DNA of 64,000 nt from a virus. Location of the stretch: positions 109,035-173,034 of the IMG/VR virus record IMGVR_UViG_3300008952_000006, one strand, 5' to 3'. Made by a program: the position numbers and the translations under genes. The notes under the pieces were generated by a model that had not been told where the DNA came from, searched no databases, and was given only the letters and a program-made list of their open reading frames with translations. The first letter of the stretch is position 1; every line of letters begins with the position of its first letter. Shown here piece after piece: positions 1-9,002 of the stretch.

Positions 1-91
1 ACGAGAAGACCCTGAAAGGGGAGTTGCCTTCAGGGCTAATCAATATCTAAATAACAGCTAACATTTATGCAAGAACAAGGAGGAGCACGGA

Positions 92-1522
92 ATGGCAAAC
101 TGGGAGCTACAGTTAATAAGTGCAATCGTCGGAGCGGAAGAGCCCGGTGATATTTTTGAGACCGCACAAAGGGAGGGAATAAACTTCCGAATATTCGGTG
201 GCATGGAGGCAAAGAACCTCTGGGCAACCATTGACGCGCACTATAGGAGACCGCAAAACTTCGGGCACGTTCCAAGCGAACAAACACTGCTGGAACAATT
301 TCCCTCTCTAGACCTGCCAGCGCCAGTAGAGAACTTTCAAGACCTATGCGAGAAGGTAAAAGATAGCCATCTCAGGAGGGAGGCCGAAAGCGCTGTGAGT
401 AAGTATCTGGCCGATGTCGAGCCAAGCAACGGATTGACGATCATCGCACATCTGCACCGTAAAATAGGGGAGCTTCTAGAAACAAACTCTGCGGACAACG
501 ATGTATGCTTTTCTCAGGTAGCGCTACAGGAATGCGCTGCTGAGCTTCGGAGAATCGAAGATACAGATGGTATGACTGGCTACCCGTGGCCGTGGCCTAG
601 ATTGAACATTGCAACCCAGGGCATACAGCCCGGTGACTTCATCATGGTTTGGGCCCTGCCGAAGTCCATGAAAACATGGTTTGGTTTGGTGGTAGCGGCT
701 CATATGTTAGCTACGGGGAGGCGTGTTCTTATCTACTCAAAGGAGATGACATGGCCCGCCGTTAGACGTCGATTGGCTTGCATCTTGGCTCGAGTAGACT
801 ACACGCGCCTAAAAGAAGGAAACCTATCAACTGCTGAAGAAACCCAGTACCTCCAAAAGCTAGAGGAGATCTGCGACCCAGAATTTCCTGGTGACGTTTG
901 GTTTACTTCGGCTGACTGTGCGGATGGGAGTCCTGGGGGACCAGACGAGATACGGAGAAAGATCGATATCTTCAGGCCGCATTTCGTGTTGCTTGACTCA
1001 GCCTACATGCTGGAGCTACCGGGTTCTGGGAGCAGCGCTTTGGACTGGAAGCAACTGTCGCTTGTAAATAGGCGTATTAAACAGATAGCCAAAACAACAG
1101 GTATACCAATTATGGCGATCCTCCAAGAAAATGAGAGGAGTGCGCTTAAGTATGCAAAGTCACGTGGGACGGCATCATTAGCCATGAACACGGGCGCTGT
1201 TATGGACTGCGATGTTGGTATACGTCTAGTCTATCATAAAAATCGTAGAGAGCTGTCTATCCACCTCCCTGCTGCCAGGGAGACAACCTGTGAGGGCTTC
1301 ACAATTAACGCCTTGGCGGCAGAGAATTTCTCCTACGCTCACGATGGACTTCATTCCTTATCGGATATTTACGATGAAGAAGCTGCTGAATCCGCCAATC
1401 TGCCAGAGCAGATGAACGGTCAAGGAGAAGAGGTTCGCGCAGTCGTAAGCCCTTTAATGGTTAGCAGCAGAGAGACCCCACAGGTCCCTCGCGATGAAAT
1501 TGATGATGATTTAGGGATCTAA
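92..1522 (+). CDS. Replicative DNA helicase, DnaB/SF4 family
   Basis: TGYPWPWPRLNIATQGIQPG; Walker A variant ALPKSMKT; IYSKEM catalytic Glu; Walker B VLLDS; ILQ motif; RBS AGGAGG upstream; followed by primase. Confidence 0.9.
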   Translation: MANWELQLISAIVGAEEPGDIFETAQREGINFRIFGGMEAKNLWATIDAHYRRPQNFGHVPSEQTLLEQFPSLDLPAPVENFQDLCEKVKDSHLRREAESAVSKYLADVEPSNGLTIIAHLHRKIGELLETNSADNDVCFSQVALQECAAELRRIEDTDGMTGYPWPWPRLNIATQGIQPGDFIMVWALPKSMKTWFGLVVAAHMLATGRRVLIYSKEMTWPAVRRRLACILARVDYTRLKEGNLSTAEETQYLQKLEEICDPEFPGDVWFTSADCADGSPGGPDEIRRKIDIFRPHFVLLDSAYMLELPGSGSSALDWKQLSLVNRRIKQIAKTTGIPIMAILQENERSALKYAKSRGTASLAMNTGAVMDCDVGIRLVYHKNRRELSIHLPAARETTCEGFTINALAAENFSYAHDGLHSLSDIYDEEAAESANLPEQMNGQGEEVRAVVSPLMVSSRETPQVPRDEIDDDLGI

Positions 1523-1523
1523 A

Positions 1524-2519
1524 TTGGAGCAGAACGACTTACTGTCTGTGCTGCGACCATACATATCCATAGCAGAGCATCAGGCTTCATCATCGTATAA
1601 TGTAGCCGCTTACTGCCCCTTCCATAAAGGGGGTAGAGAATCTAAACCCTCATTTTATATCTATGTTGGTCCGCCAACGAGTGGCAAGAGGCCGGGAGCG
1701 GCCTTCTGCCACACCTGTAATGAGGGTTGGAGTTTTACGGGGCTACTTAAAAAGCTCGCAGTCCCCAACAAGATAATAGACAGCATAAGACAGCATGTTG
1801 ACTATTCCGCACCGGAACCAAAAACACCACTTAAAATGGTGTTCTCGTGGGACGTATTACCGGAAGCTATTCTCGGTACGTTTTCTTACCTGCCAAAGAA
1901 GCTTATAGATGATGGGTTCACCACCGATACTCTCCTGAATTATGAGATAGGATTTGACCGTTCGCGGAAGAGAATCATATTCCCAATCCGGAATCATCAC
2001 GGTGAACTCGTCGCTATCAGCGGGCGGACAATTTCTGGTCGGTGGCCGAGGTATAAGATCTATAAGAGCGAATTGGAGGAAGTTATTAACAACTATTCCT
2101 TTGATAAGAAAACTGTACTTTGGGGGTTAGAGAAATTCTACGAAACACGCATGTATACAGATACAAAGATTGACACACCTGTGGTAGTGTGTGAAGGTTT
2201 CAAGGCCGCGCTCTGGGTTGTGCAAAGTGGATACCCACACACAGTCGCACTGTTGGGCTCTTACCTGAGCAAGGAGCAGGAGATGTTGCTCTCTAGGGTT
2301 ACAAACAACGTGGTGTTGTTCCTAGATAACGACGAGGCTGGCTGCAAGGCCACAGAGAAAATAGCGGATAACCAACTAGGAGGTGTCAGCATAAAGATAG
2401 CAAAATATAAGGACAACGATAAAAATAAATCGCCGGATGATTTGAATGAGCTTCAAGTAAAAGAAGCCATAACATCCGCAATAACACTAATAAACTGGAG
2501 GAGATCCTGTGAGTATTGA
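1524..2519 (+). CDS. DNA primase, DnaG-like (CHC2 zinc finger + TOPRIM)
   Basis: CPFH...CHTC zinc finger, RIIFPIRN...GR, VVCEG and LDND TOPRIM motifs; TTG start. Confidence 0.9.
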   Translation: MEQNDLLSVLRPYISIAEHQASSSYNVAAYCPFHKGGRESKPSFYIYVGPPTSGKRPGAAFCHTCNEGWSFTGLLKKLAVPNKIIDSIRQHVDYSAPEPKTPLKMVFSWDVLPEAILGTFSYLPKKLIDDGFTTDTLLNYEIGFDRSRKRIIFPIRNHHGELVAISGRTISGRWPRYKIYKSELEEVINNYSFDKKTVLWGLEKFYETRMYTDTKIDTPVVVCEGFKAALWVVQSGYPHTVALLGSYLSKEQEMLLSRVTNNVVLFLDNDEAGCKATEKIADNQLGGVSIKIAKYKDNDKNKSPDDLNELQVKEAITSAITLINWRRSCEY

Positions 2520-3639
2520 TTACGAAGAGTTTAAAAAATTACAAGCATCAAAACGAAGAAACCTAATGAGTAAAGTGGGCAAAACCGGAAAGTCATCCGG
2601 TGGCGGCCAAGGCGGTGGGAGCAAGTACGAAACCCCACCATGGAAGCTCAGGCGAGAATATTTCAAGCCATCGATAGAGCAACCGACCAAGATTAGGATT
2701 ATCCCTCAAAGCAATGGTGAGATTTGGTACCCATTTATGAGTAAGTGGGTTTCAACGGCCAAGGGAAAGCGACAAATTATCTCAAACGCCTGGAACGGGG
2801 AACGAGATATGCCCTGCGTTCTCTACTACTACGCCCTTGAGGAATCTAAAGCGGACTTTCTCGCGTCGGAGCAAGTGGCAACAACCGTGTTGGTCTTAGA
2901 GGATTTTTACAAAGTTCCCAAGGTGTCAGCCAAGGGTACCGAGTATCACCTTTTCGAGCGCAGCCTCGGGGTTGATAAACATGGTCGTAGCTTGGACCAC
3001 GTGTCAAGACAAGACCAGGAAAAAGTATTCGGTCGAAAGCTGCACTGGTCCATGTGGCCTACGCAGCAAAGAAACCTGATGACCACCCTCCAAGGGCTCA
3101 CTGAGAAGTGTGCTCATTGTGGTGAAGGTGAGATTAGCGTCTACGCGTACCAATGTACGGACTGTGGCGAAATGATCGCCAATCATAAGGAAGAGCCAAT
3201 CGACCGGAACTCCGAGCAAGTACTACAGAATGAGTCTGTGGCCTGCCCGGGTTGTGACACTCGTATGATCGCTAAGCAAATATATGAGTGTGTTAAGCAG
3301 GACGGTTACAAAGGTAACTGGGTGCATGGTTGCGACAACCCCTTGAAGGTGTCGCTGAATGAGCCCTTAGACCTTGTAATACGTGCTGTGCCCGCCGGTA
3401 AGTCAACCGCCATAGAGGTGCTCAGTTTCGCACCGGCTGACATGCAAGCCACCGAGTCACTGCCTAACTTCTTGACGGCTCCATTCGAATTCGATCAATT
3501 TTTCGGAAAGATGGACCTAGAAGAACAAGCAACTTCGATGGGTGTAGAGATGCCATTTGGCGCAGGGGATCAGCAGATCATTGATGACTTCTTCACGGCT
3601 AGTCCGAACGACGAAGACGAAGATAGCATCCCCTTTTAG
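2509..3639 (+). CDS. Probable single-stranded DNA-binding protein with Cys-rich zinc-ribbon insert
   Basis: Lies between primase and polymerase; CAHC, CTDC and CPGC pairs; acidic C-terminus DEDEDSIPF resembling the bacterial SSB tip DDDIPF. Confidence 0.6.
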   Translation: MSIDYEEFKKLQASKRRNLMSKVGKTGKSSGGGQGGGSKYETPPWKLRREYFKPSIEQPTKIRIIPQSNGEIWYPFMSKWVSTAKGKRQIISNAWNGERDMPCVLYYYALEESKADFLASEQVATTVLVLEDFYKVPKVSAKGTEYHLFERSLGVDKHGRSLDHVSRQDQEKVFGRKLHWSMWPTQQRNLMTTLQGLTEKCAHCGEGEISVYAYQCTDCGEMIANHKEEPIDRNSEQVLQNESVACPGCDTRMIAKQIYECVKQDGYKGNWVHGCDNPLKVSLNEPLDLVIRAVPAGKSTAIEVLSFAPADMQATESLPNFLTAPFEFDQFFGKMDLEEQATSMGVEMPFGAGDQQIIDDFFTASPNDEDEDSIPF

Positions 3640-3652
3640 ATAGCTTGAACCC

Positions 3653-3788
3653 TTAGGTGAGGGGGAAGCGCCAGTCTCCGGTCCCAGGATTTCCTGCGAG
3701 GTATGCGAGCCTCGACTTTTACTGGGAAAGGTAAAAATTAACTCTATCTAGTCAGCAGAGTTGATGGGCAGGCGCTCCCCCCACCTAA
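3653..3788 (+). ncRNA. Putative structured RNA / cis-regulatory element between the SSB and DNA polymerase genes
   Basis: TTAGGTGAGGGGGAAGCGCC (3653-3672) pairs with GGCGCTCCCCCCACCTAA (3771-3788), enclosing inner helices TCCCAG/CTGGGA, CGAGG/CCTCG and TTAACTCT/AGAGTTGA. Confidence 0.5.
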
Positions 3789-3806
3789 TTTATTACAAAA
3801 GGAGAG

Positions 3807-5699
3807 ATGATGGGAATGTTTACAGCGCTCCCTGTGCCAGTTTGTGTAAGAACACCAGAGCAGGCACAGGTAGTATTAGAGGAGTATAAAGATACAAGCA
3901 TCTTAGCATTCGATACAGAGACAACTGGTCTCGACAGGCCAAGGGACAGAGCAGTTGTTCTGGCCCTTAGCGACGGAAAAACAAGATATGCAATCTACGC
4001 GGAAGTTATACCCTACTTCAAAGAATTCTTAGAGAACCCAGAATTAAAATTAATCGCGCACAACGCTAACTATGACTGCTGGATGCTGTTAAACGTTGGC
4101 ATAGACGTTAATAGATACTCGTTACGAACACATTACCGTGTTCTCGATACTATGGTCATGCACGCGCTAGTGGACGACACTAAGTCACACAAGCTAAAGT
4201 CCCTCGCAAAAGAGTACCTAGGCATTGACATGGTCTCCTTCAAGAGCGTGTTCGGCTCACAGATGCGTAAACGGACACTGCACGACCTGCTGCTTGATCC
4301 TGAAAATGAGGATATTGTGACCAACTACGCATCACTAGATGCTTACGCCACATTCAAACTATTCCTTGCGCTTAGAGAAGAATTAAAGGAGATGGAGACA
4401 GGCCTGGAAGAATACCCAACCCTCTGGGAATACTTCTACAAAACCGAAGTCCCCTTCACCAGAATACTCTGGGAGATGGAGCGTAATGGGGTGCGGATAG
4501 ACGAGGAGGCCCTCCTTGAGCAAGCCCCCCTTATAGAGAGTGAACTTCTCGGCATACAGAAATGGTTCGGTCGGACCATGAATAAACTATACGTTAATCT
4601 CAACTCTGGTAAGGAGATGGGTGCATTTTTCTTCACCCAGCTGGGCTACAAGCCCGTGTCTTATACGGAGAAGGGAAGCCCCCAGCTAAATGCACCAACC
4701 CTTGAGCGCTGGGCTAGGGGTGGTTGTGAGTACTCGGAGAAGCTCTTGCGTTATCGTGACCAAGACAAGAAGCTATCCACGTATATAACCAACCTCCTTA
4801 AACGCATCCACGTAGATAAGCGTATCCACGCCACCTTCAATCAAACGGGGGCGCGAACCGGAAGGCTGAGTTCATCGGAGCCAAACCTGCAGAATCAGCC
4901 CCCCTACATACGGGGAGCATACATTGCAGAGGGGCGGTCACGCCTACTGGCTAGGGACTTTGCACAATTGGAGATGCGCATCCTAGCGCATTTCTCAGGA
5001 GACTCGTCGTTAATCACAGCGATTAAAAGCGGACAAGATGTCCACTCAAGTACCGCATCAAAAATGTTCAAGGTTCCGTATGAGGATATTATGGAGGCTA
5101 GAAGAAAAGACGATGCGGATGAACCAGTAAGCCCCTACGAGAAAAAGCTCCTTACCCATCGGAAAGGTGCCAAAGCCATTAACTTTGGCTTGATGTATGG
5201 GCAGGGCTCTGGGAGGCTGTCGGCTACACTTGGGTGTTCTTTAGACGAAGCCAAGCTTCTAATAAAGCAGTACTTCGCAGCATTCCCTAAAATCACAAAG
5301 TACTTCCGTCAAGCTATCAAGGAAGCAACCGCAGACGGCTACTGCGCCACGATATTGGGTCGGCGCAGACAAGTGCCGGGGCTCAGGTCAAATATTAGTA
5401 GTGATAGAGGAGACGCTGAACGGAAGGTGAAGAACTCGCCTATTCAGGGCAGTGCTGCGGATATTACTAAGATGGCCATGATCCGACTTTGGGAAGACCC
5501 GCTTGTCGAGGCATCTGGGGCCAAGATGGCCATCCAGGTTCACGATGAAATCGTTTTCGAGGTGCCTGAAGAGTTTGTGGACGACGAAGAATTTAATACG
5601 CGCATTGAGGAATTGATGGCGCACCCCTTCTCTTTTGAGTTGGCGGTTCCGCTAGAGACGTCAGGGAAGTACGGGAGCAACTGGGCGGAGTGTAAGTAA
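3807..5699 (+). CDS. DNA polymerase family A (3'-5' exonuclease + polymerase, no 5' nuclease domain)
   Basis: ExoI FDTETTG, ExoII HNANYD, ExoIII YASLDA; TGRLSSSEPNLQN; motif A DFAQLEMR; motif B RKGAKAINFGLMYG; motif C QVHDE. Confidence 0.97.
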   Translation: MMGMFTALPVPVCVRTPEQAQVVLEEYKDTSILAFDTETTGLDRPRDRAVVLALSDGKTRYAIYAEVIPYFKEFLENPELKLIAHNANYDCWMLLNVGIDVNRYSLRTHYRVLDTMVMHALVDDTKSHKLKSLAKEYLGIDMVSFKSVFGSQMRKRTLHDLLLDPENEDIVTNYASLDAYATFKLFLALREELKEMETGLEEYPTLWEYFYKTEVPFTRILWEMERNGVRIDEEALLEQAPLIESELLGIQKWFGRTMNKLYVNLNSGKEMGAFFFTQLGYKPVSYTEKGSPQLNAPTLERWARGGCEYSEKLLRYRDQDKKLSTYITNLLKRIHVDKRIHATFNQTGARTGRLSSSEPNLQNQPPYIRGAYIAEGRSRLLARDFAQLEMRILAHFSGDSSLITAIKSGQDVHSSTASKMFKVPYEDIMEARRKDDADEPVSPYEKKLLTHRKGAKAINFGLMYGQGSGRLSATLGCSLDEAKLLIKQYFAAFPKITKYFRQAIKEATADGYCATILGRRRQVPGLRSNISSDRGDAERKVKNSPIQGSAADITKMAMIRLWEDPLVEASGAKMAIQVHDEIVFEVPEEFVDDEEFNTRIEELMAHPFSFELAVPLETSGKYGSNWAECK

Positions 5700-5770
5700 T
5701 AAAAGGAATGCCTTTACCCAGAAAGCGCTGACCTTTATAAAAAGCGGACACACTAATAAAGGGGAGCCAT

Positions 5771-5947
5771 ATGGAGGACACAGAAGAAGCGATGCCAGAT
5801 AGTTGCTACAGGGAATTAGACGAGAACGAAGAAAAGGAGTTCAGGAAATGGGCCAGGGACAACTATATTTCAGGAGACCCAGTAAAAGCCGTTTGGCACC
5901 CAGTGGTGCGAAACGAGTGCTCTATTATAGATAATGAATCGACGTAA
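5771..5947 (+). CDS. Small hypothetical phage protein (58 aa; not in the ORF track)
   Basis: ATG at 5771 after GGGGAG; translates MEDTEEAMPDSCYRELDENEEKEFRKWARDNYISGDPVKAVWHPVVRNECSIIDNEST*; fills the polymerase-to-GIY-YIG gap. Confidence 0.7.
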   Translation: MEDTEEAMPDSCYRELDENEEKEFRKWARDNYISGDPVKAVWHPVVRNECSIIDNEST

Positions 5948-6200
5948 ACCATGGTTTTTCTACGTAGTAGAATGCTCTGATCAGTCTCTCTATGCCGGTA
6001 TTACTACTAATATAGAGAGACGGGTCAGCGAGCATAACAAGAGTCCGCGCGGGGCCAAGTATACAAGAAGCCGCAGACCTGTCCACCTAGTGATGTCCAG
6101 AAAATTCCCAAGTAAATCGGGAGCCCTAAAACATGAATACAAATTCAAGCGGCTTACTAAAAAAGGTAAATTGGCCGAAATTCGGAGACAGCATGGATGA
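5934..6200 (+). CDS. GIY-YIG nuclease, small stand-alone (UPF0213/YhbQ-like)
   Basis: FFYVVECSDQSLYAGITTNIERRVSEHN...GAKYTRSRRPV...ALKHEYKFKRL. Confidence 0.92.
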   Translation: MNRRKPWFFYVVECSDQSLYAGITTNIERRVSEHNKSPRGAKYTRSRRPVHLVMSRKFPSKSGALKHEYKFKRLTKKGKLAEIRRQHG

Positions 6201-6921
6201 TAACCAAAGAAAAATTACCAACCTAGGGTTGGTGACCCTAACCAACCTAATTATGCAAAAGGTTGTAGACAACCTTGTAGGCCCTGTGGAGTTTAAAGAG
6301 GGGTTCGACGGAAACTTTGCCATTGAGCTACGCGACATGGAAAAGGCAGCATATGGTTGGACTCCTTTTGTGGCGGCAGCCCCACTGAACACAGGAAACC
6401 TGGGAATAGATACGAAAGAGGTCTGGGTAAACTGCTGCTATCAAGTCTACGCGTACTACCGAGAATTCGAGGGTATGCCATTCTCCATACTCAATCTTAG
6501 CCTCAAAACAAATGACAGAGCCCCTGTAAGAGATTGGCGAGACCTACAAAGAATCAAGAATGAATTATGTGGAACACTTTGTGAGGCGGTAGAGATGTAT
6601 CCTGCCGAGTACAGGCTGGTGGACACGTCCAACCAATACCATTTGTGGGTCCTGCCCCCAGGCAGGATATTCCCGTTTGGTTACAATGGGGGAAGGGTCG
6701 TAACAAGTGACGCACCAACCAAGGAACGTCTAGAAAAACACATGAAGAAGAATTACAAATTTGGTGAGGACGAGAAAGCCGTACAGCGGCCCTTCGAAAA
6801 GCACCATACGGCAGACGACTGCCCACCAATCGGCCCACTCTGGGCAGCCAAAGGATATTCATTCAACGAGGAAGCCGAACGGATTCTTCTGAATGGTAAA
6901 GAAGTAAAGGAGTTACGATGA
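6193..6921 (+). CDS. Conserved hypothetical phage protein
   Basis: Recognisable phage motif DWRDLQRIKNELCG..CEAVEMYPAE.RLVDTSNQYHLWVLP; start moved to ATG 6193 (MDDNQ) after GGAG. Confidence 0.7.
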   Translation: MDDNQRKITNLGLVTLTNLIMQKVVDNLVGPVEFKEGFDGNFAIELRDMEKAAYGWTPFVAAAPLNTGNLGIDTKEVWVNCCYQVYAYYREFEGMPFSILNLSLKTNDRAPVRDWRDLQRIKNELCGTLCEAVEMYPAEYRLVDTSNQYHLWVLPPGRIFPFGYNGGRVVTSDAPTKERLEKHMKKNYKFGEDEKAVQRPFEKHHTADDCPPIGPLWAAKGYSFNEEAERILLNGKEVKELR

Positions 6922-7190
6922 AGGTAAAATACGCAGTCCCACAGCGCCTGGTAAGCGATCTGATCGCTTCTGGCCTCGCAAGCGGGGAAGAAGACGCAAT
7001 GACTAAAGTCGCCTCTGGTGAGGGCCTGGACGCCCTCTGGGCAGACAAAAATAAAAAATTAATAGAACTCGAAATAGCATTCCAGTCAAACGGCGGACGG
7101 GGTGTTGACCTTGCGGAAGAGATCGACCTGCTGCGTGGAAGCATTGAGGAGATAGACGAGCTTATTAAAACTCGAGACGGGGAGAAGTAA
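6918..7190 (+). CDS. Hypothetical protein
   Basis: ATGA overlap with upstream stop, AAGGAG RBS, coupled to the downstream recA-like gene. Confidence 0.7.
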   Translation: MKVKYAVPQRLVSDLIASGLASGEEDAMTKVASGEGLDALWADKNKKLIELEIAFQSNGGRGVDLAEEIDLLRGSIEEIDELIKTRDGEK

Positions 7191-8248
7191 TGACCAAGAA
7201 AGACAACTTGGCTGGTCTGATCAAGGGTATCCAGAAAGACCTTGGAGGGGCAGCAAGAATTACCCGCCTCTCCGAGGTGGTCGCGCCATTCCAGACCAGA
7301 CTGCCTACAGGTATTCTGAGTTTAGACTTGGCGCTTAGAGGTGGGTTCCCTGCGGGGTCCATGCACCAATTATTTGGGCCAGATGGGGCGGGCAAAGACT
7401 ATTTGTCCAATCTACTCATGGCGCAGACCCAAAGAACATACGGCGAAAAGACTAATATCGCCTGGATGTCCTTTGGCTACAAACCCGACATCCCCTTCAT
7501 GGAGATGTGTGGGATCGACACCGAAGTCGGCAACCTAATGTTTATTGACGTTGGAAATGAAGAAGCGCTTGACCAACCAGCCGAGTCGCTCCTTACAGCC
7601 ATGTTGAACCTTATTAGGTCTAATAAATTCCAGTTAATGATTATTAACGAGCTTGGTTCAGGAGAAACTAAGGACAACGTAAAGAAAGGACTCCATGAAG
7701 ACGCAAAGATTGCTACATGGGCGTCTCTTATGGCTACCTTCTGCCAAAAGTTTTATAGTGCTATGCGGAATACGGATGAAGAAACAGGTCCAAACAAGAC
7801 CTGTGTTATCATGATAAATCCCGTAAGGGCCAATATAGACGCTAGGTCGGCAAAGTACTTCCCCTATTCACAAGGTGGTGGCTACGCGCTCAAGCATGCA
7901 AAGGCAGTTGACCTACATCTAAGAATTGGTAGCTCAATAAAATCTGGTGGTAAAAAGGTGGGAAAAGAAATCAAATGGAAGATAAGCAAGGGCAAACATG
8001 GAATCTCTGAAGGCGCGGAGGGCGGCTATAGCTTCATCTTCAACCAAGGAGTTGACTTAACAGAGGACCTCGCAAATACCGCCAAAGCCATGGGGCTCAT
8101 CAGAAGCTCAGGCCCTGTGTATTATATATTAGACTACGAAGATAAGGTTAAGGGCGGATTGGCCGGTGTCGTAGACATCCTAAGAAAATCCCCCGCGCTC
8201 TGCGAAGAAGTTCGCGCAGCTGTATTAGAGAAAGCAAAGAATGGCTAA
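7190..8248 (+). CDS. RecA/UvsX-like recombinase with degenerate ATPase motifs
   Basis: LPTGILSLDLALRGGFPAG..HQLFGPDGAGKD, GGYALKHA, VGKEIKWKISKGK; full RecA length. Confidence 0.88.
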   Translation: MTKKDNLAGLIKGIQKDLGGAARITRLSEVVAPFQTRLPTGILSLDLALRGGFPAGSMHQLFGPDGAGKDYLSNLLMAQTQRTYGEKTNIAWMSFGYKPDIPFMEMCGIDTEVGNLMFIDVGNEEALDQPAESLLTAMLNLIRSNKFQLMIINELGSGETKDNVKKGLHEDAKIATWASLMATFCQKFYSAMRNTDEETGPNKTCVIMINPVRANIDARSAKYFPYSQGGGYALKHAKAVDLHLRIGSSIKSGGKKVGKEIKWKISKGKHGISEGAEGGYSFIFNQGVDLTEDLANTAKAMGLIRSSGPVYYILDYEDKVKGGLAGVVDILRKSPALCEEVRAAVLEKAKNG

Positions 8249-9002
8249 AGTCTACGTAAAGATTGGACCCAAGGTCGTTGAACACGCGGTTGACGGACTC
8301 CCGTTTCTCCCAGGGCTTTGTATGCACAAAGTCCCGTATAGCGGGAAGTCCAGCAGCGTATACAACATAACGCACACACAAAGCGGCCTTGCGGTCCTAT
8401 CTAAAGTAGATGAAGCCAACTTAGAGCTTATCAGAATGATCCTAGGGCGGATGCTGTGGGACAAAACAACAGACATTATCTTTGATGAAAGTAAGTACTA
8501 CAGTCTAGTCAAAGAAGCGGAGGCCGTATTGTCCAATCATAAAGAAAGCGAGAAGCAGGAAAAGAGAATCGCTAAGGATATAAAGGGAAAACGACAGCCC
8601 GCCTCTGGATCAAGATGGGGCAGCAAGAGGGACGTTATTACACCAGATCTGTTGATCGAGGCTAAAACAACAAAATCCTCCAGACAGAGTGTGTCGATAA
8701 AAGACCTCCATTTCCTAACGAGGCAGGCATACCAACAAGGTAAAGTCCCTGCGTATATTATAGAGTTTGCGAGAAGGTGGGAGGTTGTCCTTGTGCCTGT
8801 ACAAGAACTTGCAGAAAGTACCCTGGAAGAATTTGAAGAAACCAGGAACCTAGACTATAAAAAGAGGAAGTCGTTTTCCGTTAGCACGGGATTGGCTGAC
8901 TGGGTTTCATCCGAAAATTGCGCCCTGATTGAGACATCGGAAACAACCTATGCACTAATAAGCTATTGCTCCTTTCTGGAAATAGCTAAGAGGGGAATAT
9001 GA
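8241..9002 (+). CDS. PD-(D/E)XK nuclease, Holliday-junction-resolvase-like, with extra N-terminal domain
   Basis: QEKRIAK...KRQPASGS...KRDV...LLIEAKTT. Confidence 0.7.
   Translation: MAKVYVKIGPKVVEHAVDGLPFLPGLCMHKVPYSGKSSSVYNITHTQSGLAVLSKVDEANLELIRMILGRMLWDKTTDIIFDESKYYSLVKEAEAVLSNHKESEKQEKRIAKDIKGKRQPASGSRWGSKRDVITPDLLIEAKTTKSSRQSVSIKDLHFLTRQAYQQGKVPAYIIEFARRWEVVLVPVQELAESTLEEFEETRNLDYKKRKSFSVSTGLADWVSSENCALIETSETTYALISYCSFLEIAKRGI

Noticed and set aside
10-35. Inverted repeat CCCTGAA...TTCAGGG at the window start
   Set aside because: No U-tract, possibly inside a truncated upstream gene; too little context to interpret
3653-3788. tRNA or hammerhead ribozyme identity for the intergenic structure
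   Set aside because: No T-loop GTTCRA or cloverleaf, and no CUGANGA/GAAA core on either strand
5708-5731. Mini-ORF MPLPRKR after the polymerase as a leader peptide
   Set aside because: The SD-like AAGGA abuts the ATG with no spacer; no supporting attenuator structure
5934-6200. GIY-YIG gene as a mobile homing endonuclease or intron ORF
   Set aside because: Only 88 aa with no DNA-binding extension; neighbours are uninterrupted; resembles stand-alone UPF0213 proteins
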